The translations under genes were made by a program, and so were the position numbers. From NCBI GenBank assembly GCA_030704615.1, contig CM060733.1, forward strand, positions 3,782,001 to 3,846,000: a stretch of DNA of 64,000 nucleotides. The letters are read 5' to 3'. The stretch is from Takakia lepidozioides. Its lineage: Eukaryota > Plantae > Bryophyta. Within the stretch, counting starts at the first letter, position 1; each line of letters opens with the position of its first letter. Of this stretch, positions 22,512 to 33,670 are shown piece after piece. The notes under the pieces are model-generated. The model had not been told where the DNA came from, ran no database searches, and was given only the letters and a program-made list of their open reading frames with translations.

Positions 22512-24885
22512 GATAGCTCCACATTTGACAATTTGTGAAGATGTGTTATAAAATGCAACTTAAGAGACTAATTTGTGAAGGCGTCTGAATGAAAGTTGAA
22601 GTGTGTGAGTCATGTATTACATCAGTATGGTTGGATCGAGACTCTCTAGTCTCTACATGCGTACAACCCCATCTATGACATGTTTCCATCCTACGGCTGT
22701 GATTAAACAAATATATTTTAATGATAGGTTTTTTGGCCCAGGGAAAGAGTTAGGTCTCCGCCCAAGAATTTGGCACCATAAATCATGTCATCTAAGCCAT
22801 GTCATTTTGTTGGTCTTGGGCCTGGACCCTCGTATAAACCGCTTGGGCCCGATTTAAGACTCTTGACCAATAGGATTTCTTGTTTCTACCTTGGTCTTGG
22901 GCCCGGGCCCTCGTGTAAACTGGCCCTAAGTGCACCTTCGCCTCTTCAGCTTCCTCCTCTCTCCGGGTGTCTAACTCAGGCATGAGCTCCAAAATGTTAG
23001 AGCCCTCCTTGATGGCAGCTACAAGCTCCATCCGTTGAGTCCAATAAAGTACTGTCAGATCACACGCGTCCATTAAGTTCTTACATTATTCCTATTATCT
23101 TCCGTGCAAAAGAAGGTCCAAAAAGTCGGTCCAGCATAGAAAAAGTGCCAATTCAGGCTCTTAGATGAACTCAAATCCAAAAACTAACCTCACCACGATG
23201 TTTCTTGCGAAATTCTACTCAAAAATGACTCAAGGAACACAAAAATCTGATCCCAGATGCCCCCCGGAATCGATCCCATAGTTAGAACTAGGAAACTTGA
23301 AGAAAATCTGAAATCTTCCAAATATGTAGATTCTGGAATCTACAATAGTAGGGAATTTCGTAAATTTCTAAAATGTCCCAGTGTAGGTAAATCTGAGAAT
23401 CTACGAGTCTAGTGGATTCTACCAAATAGATGAATCTTTAATGGATGAAAAACATCAATGTAATGGATGGATGAAAAGGATGGAAAATGGCAGATGGATG
23501 TAGATATGGATGGATGGAATCTGTACAAATGTGGATGAAATCTATTGGATGAAATCATCTATGTGTTGGATGAAAATAATCCAAAATTATTCATGTATTC
23601 CATCCGTCCTTTGACTGTATATGGTATTCAGACCGTATACGTCGAAAAGCTGCTGTAGCAGCCTGTAATTCCAAGAGCTAAATGAAAACTTCAAAAAGAA
23701 GAGAGGAAAGGGTTAAATCCCGGAAAGAAGTGAAGGTATTGATGAAGAGGTTGAATGTGTGTTCGAGGTTTGCCACTCCTCAAGCTCCAATGTAGCTCTC
23801 CTCTCCCATCCTCCTCGCACTCCAAGATGCTCCAAAAGACTCCTTAAATAGTTGAAAGCCTCAACAAGACTCATTCTTGCCAAGTGAATGATGAATGCAT
23901 CTAAAAACTAAGCATTGAAGGAGTACAATGCTCACTTGTGTGCAAATCAAGTCGTCTCTCACCCTCCGTTGAGCGAGTACAAGAGTGCAATTCAATGGCG
24001 AGAATACTCGAAGCTTTACTCAATGATGGCAATCCGCCAAGGTACGATGAAGCAACACTCAAGAGCTCTCTCTCAAACTACAAGGCTCGGGTTGGCACGA
24101 ATGCCAAGCAAAACGAGCTCTCTCCCCTCTACCCCTCTAGGCTCTCGGTCTTGCACATGCGAGTTACATCCACCAATGAAAAGACTTAGCACTAGAGATA
24201 ACACCCTCTCGAAGATAAGGTGCAACTAAAGAAAGAGATACCGCTAAAGTTAATAACTTGGTAGATAAACCGAAGTAAAGTGTAGGATCCTCTTGGTGGG
24301 AGCTGAATGTTTTTATCCAACAAAATTCTGTTCATTTGACTGCAGTGCATGTGTTTAGCTATAGGTTAGTGTATGGTTTAATTTTATGGATTTTGTCAAG
24401 AGGGCAACTGAATGTGTGGAATGCTTGTTTAGCGGACTTGGTCGGTTTGCTCAATTACCCTTGCCCTTCCAGATTTTAGTGCTGTGCATACTTTCAAAAT
24501 GCGTTGCCATGAATGTGCCAAACGAATATTTCACACATTTGTGGTAGATTCAAGCATCCTAGAGTCCACACCGGTTACTTAGGTCCTGCATTAAGGGGGG
24601 CATCATGTCAACTATGAGTGCATTTGAGGACAGTAACAAAGGTACTGATAGAATTCAAGCATTTATAGAAATTGGGCTTAGGAATTACAACACTTCCAAA
24701 ATTCTTGTCATCAAAATTACTTTGAAGTATCCCTCTGGCCATGTCAAGAGTAAATAATCTATATTTCTCAGCAGCTGAGAACATGCCCATGAATAAGTAC
24801 GATCCCATGAATGTGTTCTGCTTTTCTGTTCTTCCTTTTGTGATGAGCGACTAATGTTTAGAATTTTATGTGCATGGGGAATGTG

Positions 24886-25376
24886 AGCAGGTGCTGGAAC
24901 TGAAGAATTGAAGCATACGAATAGGCCTCGACATCGGTGCAGGGTCTGGCACGTTTGCGGCACGCATGGCAGAGCACAACGTCACCATCCTCTCCACCAC
25001 CCCGAACCTCGACGGGCCGTTCAACGAGATGATCGCCATGCAAGGGCTCCTCTCCCTCCACGTCACCGTCTCTCAACGCTTCCCCTTCTTCGACAACACA
25101 CTGGACATTGTGCATTCTATGCATGTCCTCAGCAATTGGATGCCCACCGAAATGCTCGAGTTCATCATGTTCAACATCCACCGAATCCTCCGGCCCGGTG
25201 GCATTTTTTGGGTCGACCGGTTTTTCTGCGCAAAGGACCAGCTCGACACACTACATACACCATTGTTCATGAAATTTGGATACCGAAAACTGAGATGGGC
25301 GGTGGGCAACAAGCCTCATCTCCGGGGGAAACAAGTGTACCTCTCTGCCCTTCTTGAGAAACTCACCCCTCAATAG
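24886..25376 (+). pseudogene. C-terminal fragment of a plant SAM-dependent methyltransferase (At1g29790-like family)
   Basis: EQVLELKN*SIRIGLDIGAGSGTFAARMAEHNVTI...QRFPFFDNTLDIVHSMHVLSNW...HRILRPGGIFWVDRFFC. In-frame TGA near 24909 and no N-terminal half. Confidence 0.8.
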
Positions 25377-25454
25377 AATTATCCGTTAAGTGCCAAAAGT
25401 GGCATCTACAACGACACGCCCACGATCACCATGTCGAAGAATCATCTCCTTTTG

Positions 25455-26100
25455 TCAAGGCATATTGAAGGGCATATTGTCTGTAGTCAAAGCACCAGAT
25501 GCCTCCAAGCCAGTTTCTTGGTAGTAGAACACTGACTCCTTGTTCTGCTCTACCCACATCCTGACGCTCTTTGCATCATTTTTGTTGAGTTGGTATTTCT
25601 CAGCAGCTAGTTTCCCACATAAATACCTCACATCTTGGTCTGTTAAGAACATGTCACGAGTCAACTCCTTGGAGCCATTCATGATGTGTTTCACATTGCG
25701 TCTGTGTTCCGCCATTATTTGGGGCACAGTGAACCGAGCTCGCAATTGCGTCAGCACCCACTCGCAAATCTCAGAACGCAGAGCGATCGCCGTGATGGAG
25801 TTCCCCATGGACGTGCAGGCCATCAATGTTCTGGTGTTTCCGTTGTATGACAGACAATTCGGAAACCTCTGGTTTTAGGTACAATGTTTTGACAGTGAGC
25901 TCCGCCCGACATCCCTTCTTGATGGAGCCTCCCCATTTCTTCCTTGAGTCTCTCTTGCACTTGTGACCTTCGTTATTTGGCTTGAATGTTTTTCCTTGCT
26001 TGTCATACTTTGGCCGCACATTTTTTAGATCACCACAGATGTCTTTCACAACTGTTGTAAGATCATGTGGTCCATATTGGCATTGGTACCTGAAGTGCAC
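25455..26100 (-). mobile_element. Mutator-like (MULE/SWIM-type) transposase relic
   Basis: FRYQCQYGP...SIKKGCRAELTVK...H..HG and NKNDAKSVRMWVEQNKESVFYYQE...NMPF resemble N-terminal parts of plant MULE/SWIM proteins. Frameshifted and truncated before a DDE core. Confidence 0.55.
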
Positions 26101-27334
26101 AAACCATAACTAGTTAATGACTTTGTAGAGAAGCAGGAGAACTCACAAAACCATAGAACGTCGTCATGCAACACTGTATGAAATATATAATACTAGCTTC
26201 ACTTTGGTACACTGACAAAACATAGAACGTCCACTAGAGCATTCGACATTGACTGAAACATAGAACACTAGCTTGGTTCCTGGAACATGAGCATATTACC
26301 TGGAAAACTCACTGAAGCTGTTCAACCTCGGTGCCTCCAAGGAATGTGGAGGGTTCTTATCCGATTTTGTTCTCAGAAATCGACATTCCCCCCTTTGTTT
26401 GCCTTCCTCACCAACAATAAAATCGGGAACTCTCAGTGGTGGGATGTAAGCAACCTCCACAATGCGGGCCGATTGTCTGCCTCCCGTGCGGCGCAAAATG
26501 AGCTCCCAATGCAAATCTCCATGACTGAAAGGACCCTTAGATGGGTTTTGTGAGCAGCGGTCCAATGCCTCCAACACAAGATTGTGTTTGCCATTGTAGA
26601 AATGGTCGTTCTCCTCCTCCCCATTGGAAACCTCCGCGTGCTACCAATGTGACAAATTCTCCAACGCCATATGTAACTGCAGAGCAGAACACTAAGCTCA
26701 AGTGTGCCAATTCAGAGGGTGAAGAACTGCCGCCCTCGACACAAAGCTGAAGTCTGCCGAATCAAGGAGTAGATGGACTCCCAGACCTCCTGCTTCTCCT
26801 CATTCCGGGTAAAAGGTTGATCGGGAGGACCCATCAATGCCACCAATTTCATAAGAGTTTGGATGGCAAATATGAGAAGCAAAATCTCTCTTCTACCAGT
26901 CGGAGGATCATATTGGGCCATGTTTGTCCTAAAATAGTGGGCTATGAAGTTTTAATCATGAACCCATTTCATTGCAAAAGAAAACACGGTAACAGTTTGT
27001 GAAACAACTTTTGAACACTACAGGAATGAAACATAAATTGGAAGCTTTGCTCAGTGTTCCAAGTGAGCACCATTCTACCTCTAGATCACCTAAGACAATG
27101 GTGGAACAACGGTACAAAGTGTGCAAACACGGACATACCCAACCCAAGTAGATTATGCTTGGAAGCACATCATGACTCCATAGGAATGATGCATCTTCCA
27201 GTGTCGATCCATGTCTTATATGCAAGAAGGTTTCAGATACAAACAATGTTTCAGAAAAGTAGGGTATGTTGGACGTCTTGATGCAGGGTAAATATAAGGA
27301 TAAGGGTCTATCATAAAACTATACCATGATATAA

Positions 27335-27650
27335 GAGCATCTCCGGGGTGCCACGGCACTTGCCCCCAAAATGGCAGTCTACCGGCCCGGGGTCCAAAAA
27401 AGTAGCGCAGCTTTGCTCTCCGGTAGATTTGCTGCCCGCCCCGCCTGAAATCTGCCTCCTGCCCGGCACTTTTGCCAATTCTACCGGGACCCCGCCAACC
27501 ACGGTACATTAGATTTGTGAGTTATTTATGCCGGGTCTCCTACCATCCCAACCGTGGAGTATCAGCCAACCAATCCTTGTAAAAAATACCGTCACCCCTG
27601 TAACCGGGTATATAATGTTTGAGGGGCGGTTGCTCACTGTGGAGATGCTC
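27335..27650. mobile_element. Tourist/PIF-Harbinger-type MITE (316 bp)
   Basis: TIRs GAGCATCTCC / GGAGATGCTC with TAA target duplication (27332-27334 and 27651-27653). Confidence 0.88.
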
Positions 27651-28823
27651 TAAGCGTATACACCCAAGTACCTAAACTTGCCACACCAGGGCATATATAT
27701 ATCAATATACCCTGATATACTCATCGGGTATATCATGGTAATCAATATACCCGCCCAACACTGGTGCGTACCTTCCTCCTACAATTTGAAGGCAATTAGC
27801 CCAAGATCCACAAAATGCCACCCCGGAGTGTGGGGCTCATTCGATAAAAATATCATTTTTTGGTAATTTTTTAAAGATTTGAGTGATGGGATCAACTGGG
27901 ATTGAATCGAGGCCTTTCATCCCTCATCCAACAAGCCAAAAAACAATCCAATTTGGCCAATGAATGTGATGTTGCCACTTGGTCAAACCTGGGCAAATCC
28001 CCCCACCTTTAAGGCTTAAGAACAAAGAAACACCAAGCAGCTAGCAAAATCGGAGACCTGCATCATCCAAGTGGGACTCGGACTCTATCCAACTGGGCTA
28101 CCAATTGGAGATTTGGGTTGCATTGGTATGAAAACATCTCTGAGCAATCCAGAACCCTCACAGATTGTTCAACACAATGGAAATAATGCTCAGATACTCT
28201 TTTCAGATACTAGAGTATAAAATCAGATCTATGAATGAATGATCACTGGCTGTGCATGAGTTCTATGGAAATTTCACGATGAGTTAAAGTAACTTTGCAG
28301 ATGAAGACCCTACAAGTGCCAAAATCATTTTCAATGAGCATGTATCATTTGTACTGCCCTTGCAATTGATTGGCATAGGCAGAGAAACAACCCGGTGATA
28401 CAGAGGTACTTTGCTTGCCATAGCCTGGTGGATATAGACCCTGCATATGGTTTGGACACAGAAGAGGGGAGAGAGGACAGGAGGAGAGCAGAGTAGGGAG
28501 CCTACTATCATTGCAAAAGACTTGCTCCAGTAACGGACTACACTTTAAACAGATGTTGAGGGTTGTTCTCCATAATATTCTCAAGAAAGCTCTAGTTCAT
28601 TCATTTTGGTGGTCTCGAGCTTCTCAAGGGGATGCAGTTGTATGCTTCAAAGACGACCCTCTTTGTTCGAAATAAGGCCCTTTACAGTGCAATCTCACCA
28701 CAGGTTGAGCACATCAGTTACATTTTCCCAGCTAGATTAACATGCTGTAATCAAGGCCAACAGGAGAGAGACAGAGAAAGAGAGCATGGGGGGAAGAGAG
28801 AGGAACATAATATCGCCACTCAC

Positions 28824-30783
28824 CAGGTAGTTACACATACTCTATGCACGGCACCCGCTGATACTGCAGCAATGAGCTCTGCAACAATAACTGGCAACGG
28901 ACCACAAGAAAAGGCAGCACAGTGGTACAGGGTCAGCACAGAACCTCCTTTCCATGTTGGTAGTTCTGACTGGCTCTTAGTATCAAGCTAGGCCACAAGA
29001 ATACAGTACGACTCATGCTTTATCCAGTAGATTGAAAAATACTCGTCCTTTCATCAATGGCCAAATATGCCTCAGGTTTGAAGCAAGGGAATTTCACCAG
29101 CTAGGTGGGGGACAAGCCCTAAGGGTGAAGCAGAGGAGGAAAGAGATCAAAAGCACGGGGGAGTAAGAGAAATAGACTGACCAGCACCCCAACTTGTCCG
29201 CGTGCCAGCAGACTCTTGCAGGTTGCAAATAAACTGCAGCACAAATTCCCCCATTACTTCAATACTGCCCTACAAAAGAGAAGTAAGCAGTTTGACTGGT
29301 CTGATCAGTCTGAATATGGTACTTGAGCTGAGTCTACACTACTGCTGCCAGTGTGACAGTGGATCAATGCTGTAAGAGAATGTACTCATAAGACGTTGTT
29401 TGCCGTAGCCTTGTGGCCATTGATCCCGCGCCCAGTTTGAGTGGAACACAAAGGGACAGAAACTACCTTTGTCAGGGGCTGACACAGGTAGTATGACTTC
29501 CTTGGAACAGACAATTGATCTGTGTTTTCCAGATATCCTCTGGAAATCGCTTTACACAAGCCTCTAGATTTTCGAAGTTGGTAAACAGAGGTACAGGCCA
29601 ACACACCAGGCTGGTACTGGTATATAGGCCTCTGGCCAATTGTGATACCAGGGAGGTACTGGTATTGGCAAAAATCTGAGATTTGGATACCATGGGGGTA
29701 TCAATGATTGGTGTGGTGTTTTACGGGTATCAATAGCAATAGTATTTAGAAACCGATACCAGGGTATTATCAATACTGGTCTGGTATCAAGCAAAATCAC
29801 GATACGGTAATTTGAAAGGCCCACTTCTCATACAAATGTGTACAAAGCATGCTTCTCATTGAATTTGAAGGCTCGACGGTACAATCACATATCACACCCC
29901 CAAGACCTGATTTCTATTTTGCTTATTGAAAGCTGCATCCATATCGTGCATAGTGCATATTGCGCCCTCGATATTGATACCTAGGTTTTCCTCACAAAAA
30001 TGGATGTGGTACTGGTATCAGGTACCAGATTTTCAACCACCTACCAGACTGGTAGGGTATCGTCCACAGTATTAGGAAGCAGATATCAGGCCAATACGGG
30101 TATATGCTAGGTAGTGGCCTGAGGTGATACTAGACAGGTCTGGTACTTCATACCAGTATACATACCAGTATTGATACCAGTTTCCTATCGGTATACCAGT
30201 CCAACACTGGTACAGGCACAATTCCCTTGAAGAGGGTGTCTCTGTGGTGCGAGTACCCAGGACAATGAATCAGAAAATGAATATTGTCTTCAGGTTGCCC
30301 ACACAACAGACATTTGCAATCCCCCTTTCCTCTCTGCATCTGTTTGCTGTTCAAAGGTAGGCTTCCCACCCTGAGTTTAAATTTCAGTCTAGTGCCAAGA
30401 GTGGGTAAACCCTTGAGGTCATCCATGATGGCCTCCCCCATGTCACAGACTGGAAACAAGTACAGGGAAGTTTTCTGCCTAACTTCATTTTCATCAGAAT
30501 TTCCTGGCAACTGACATGGCTTCGGACACTACAGCCTCTCTTCCACTCCCGTTTGACCTGTCCGAGAGCGGTGTGGCACAAACGACCAGGGCGAAAGCCA
30601 GGGTCGTCACCATGCTTGATAAGCTCGTTGACTATGCCATCAGGTCCATATCCATTTAAATGCTCAAATGCTTCCACAATCTCAGAAGAACTATTGCGGC
30701 ATTGTAACCCTTTGAAATATACTCCAGAGAGAGAGAGAGAGATTTTACTCATAAGACGTTGTTTGCCGTAGCCTAGAGAGAGA

Positions 30784-30814
<31 letters not shown>

Positions 30815-31823
30815 CTCACCGTCAGGAGTAGGAGGAAGAGAATAGAGGAGATAAAACCGCCAAAAATGGTGTAGAGCTCTGATGAAGCAAGCTTCTCCTT
30901 GTACACTTGTTGAAGTGACAGCATAATCGTGAAAAGCAAAAAGGAATAAAGCATGGAGTTTCCCGTACTTGTCAGGTTCCCTGCTAATACCATTCAACCC
31001 ATACAAGGGACGCAGAGGGTTAGTTTGGATCCGATTCAGAACTAGAGCAAGTTGATAAGATTCCACCAAAAGGTACACTGATGTTCTGGAGAATAAGTGG
31101 TTATTGAGCAACATAACAACTTTCTTCCTTCGATTTCATACCCTACGCTATGCAGAGCTTCATCGTTCGCGGAAGCATCCCTGCCGGGCCATTACGAGCA
31201 AGTGCGCAGCACCTTCGGGAAGAGCAGAAAATGCAACCAAATGGAATTCCTCCCTACATGCTGAGGACCCTCTAAACACACGCACTGCATTTTCCGCAGA
31301 TAGGCTCATCTACTAACTCATATCAACTTCAATAGGGGCACATACATGGCTGCCTACTAAGCACAGTGATTGAGCCTGGTCTTCTGAAGCCGCTTTGCAG
31401 TGACTGTTTCCTTTAACATACATGAAACAACCGGGAATCATCCTGCCAAGCACCTATACAAGACCCTGCTAACAGACTTACACATGCTCAAAACACATAG
31501 ATCCAATCTTTCCAAGTGTTCCTTAGGTCAGACTCTCCTCCTTATTGATAAGTTCATATTCACAATTCAGTTTGAGTTCTTGTAAAAAACCTGAGCCATC
31601 CCACTGTCGGGTTCTTGCCTAACCCTGTGTGACTGACTGATAACTTGCAGATCTAGCATCAGAACAAGCCCTATGCTTAGCCCCTCTTGCAATATTCGAG
31701 TTACGACACAGAGCAACAATAGCTCATTTAGAAAATCTGATCTACACCAAAAGCAGTGGAAATGGAGAGCGCACAAAGCGAACCGAGACACACGGGACGG
31801 GAGGAAGTAGAGTTACCGGCCAT
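28824..31823 (-). CDS. KRTCAP2: Keratinocyte-associated protein 2 / oligosaccharyltransferase subunit KCP2 homologue (spliced)
   Basis: Exons 31823-31817, 30980-30820, 29233-29182 and 28890-28824 have GT-AG ends and consistent phases. They give MAGNLTSTGNSMLYSFLLFTIMLSLQQVYKEKLASSELYTIFGGFISSILFLLLLT-FICNLQESAGTRTSWGAV-IVAELIAAVSAGAVHRVCVTTC. The last exon is unresolved. Confidence 0.88.
29380..30725 (-). mobile_element. 5'-truncated LINE 3' fragment in KRTCAP2 intron 2, itself interrupted by GGTAT/ATACC-rich repeat DNA (~29590-30210)
   Basis: LKFKLRVGSLPLN...CLLCGQPEDNIHFLIHCPGY is a LINE ORF2 C-terminal CCHC motif. Confidence 0.65.
30726..30814. repeat. (GA)n microsatellite split by a 29-bp retroposon end
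   Basis: Two GA runs flank TACTCATAAGACGTTGTTTGCCGTAGCCT. Confidence 0.85.
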
Positions 31824-33239
31824 TGTAGACGATCGTAAAGGATCTTGCAGATAGTCCGGCCTCCTGGCTGCTGCTGCTAACTTACGGAAATACCCGCGGG
31901 CCGCCACCACTTTCTTATTAGTGTTGAAGGATGAAATGGAATTCTTTCCTGGTGGGCGTAAGGGGGGAACTGAGAGTTAAGTGTGGCATAAATTATGTGC
32001 AAGAATGGTATGAAGAATGATCATAACCTTCTGTTTTTTGACTGGACATTACTCATTGCAGGGTCTACTAATGGGTGTATGGGTTGTAAGAACACCAAAA
32101 CAGCCATATGGCTCAGCCAAGGAAATGTATAAGAGGAATAGGTGACTGGGTTGTGCTGAAGAAAACCACTTGAGAATACCATAAAATCTCATTTTTGGCC
32201 CCAGGTCAAATTTCAGCTGCACAATTAAACTCAAGCAGATTAAACTAAAAGTGCAATGATTTCCTCATTTGAACATATTCAAGAAAAAATCTGCTCTCCT
32301 CGCCTGGGGCTATTTGTAATCTACTGCTCCAAGGTCTCCCCTATAGAGCGCCTGCCAGGGGACAACAGAAAAGAAGGTGGGTCAGAAATCGTTTTGTAAG
32401 GTATCGGATAAATGAATGTGTGTGATTAACTTATACCAGAGGTTTCATTCCTACTGCACGAGCAGTTGATCGGATAGTAGCTTTAGAAAGAGGTGAGGAT
32501 GACCAGTGTAGCCTAGAAACTGTGACTTAGTTCTTTAAAATAACAACAAAGGACTGCTTATTTCTCCACTACCCTCTATGTTTTCCTCGTTTTTCCGGTG
32601 TACACTCACCCTCATCTGAGTTTTATGGGGATTTTAGTTTGCGGTATATTTCCAGAGCTTTGCAACACAATATCCAGTAACAAGAGTACCCTCTTTTTAG
32701 ACAGACACAAAGAAGACTAGCAGCTTGCATGCACCAATAGTACAGTATTGGGGAGTCAAAATGGGCTTTTTTTGAGGGGGGAGTTGCAGAACCCCCACCA
32801 GTACAGACTCAAAATTGAAGGTACTGATAGCCTATTTCTCTGCTGGTATACCTGGGCATACTAGTGAGCAAACGTACATACATCACTCTACTCATGGAGA
32901 CTCGGTAGTATCATCTACAGTCAACCAAAAGATCATTTCTATGTTCATATGCTACCCTTACCCATGATAATCATGGGCATGTATCCCTTGCGAGTACTCA
33001 GATATCAGTTTGAGCCATACATCCCAAACTCTCACCAAAATTGTTGCCTACGCTGTACACAAAGGGTGCCAAAGAGAGACACTGGAGTTGCAGAAGAAAC
33101 AATCAGATCAAGGGCTGAGCTAATCTCACAAGACAGAGAGATCATGGACTGCTCTTTGTATGATGGACGTTGGCCCAATCTTAGCCTGAAGCAGTTTGTT
33201 AATTATCTGCCTGTTTCAGATTGGAGATTCTGTGAGCTC

Positions 33240-33670
33240 TATTGGCATCCCTTAAAACAATCTCCCACCCAACCATGTTGAGATGAATTTGGTGGCCGTG
33301 TGGCAATTGCCACACACCTAGAGATTCTTCAGTATACTGATATGTGTCCCAGGGGGGGGTGTGCCGATGAGCCCAAAAGCAATGGCCAGCTTTTCACTGT
33401 GGTGGCATAGAGCATGTTCCTTCTGCTGATGATTCATATCACTCCTCATGAAGCCTGTATCTCACCTCCTTCAAAGGCCTAGTCAACCTCTCTAACTCTG
33501 CATGGATCTCATCTGCTTGTGCGTGTGATTGATCTTCTACCACGAAAGTATGAACCCTCTTCTTGATCTGAAGCCAATTAAGCCCTGGGTCCTTTTTCAC
33601 ACCCATGCCCTGCATTATTTTGCTCACCTTTTGCTACATAATCCCACCTGCCAGCCACAACATGGATATT
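33240..33670 (-). pseudogene. Decayed E2/E+/DYW deaminase tail of the PPR gene
   Basis: After a TGA at 33671-33673: NIHVVAGRWD, frameshift, GVKKDPGLNW...VHTFVVED, HHSEKLAIAFGL, KNL*VCGNCH, frameshift, EIVLRDAN. No terminal DYW tripeptide. Confidence 0.85.

Noticed and set aside
23650-24290. Possible solo LTR, plus GGATGAA-rich repeats at 23440-23610
   Set aside because: LTR-like composition and a TATTTAAG on the minus strand, but no partner repeat, clear ends or TSD in this window.
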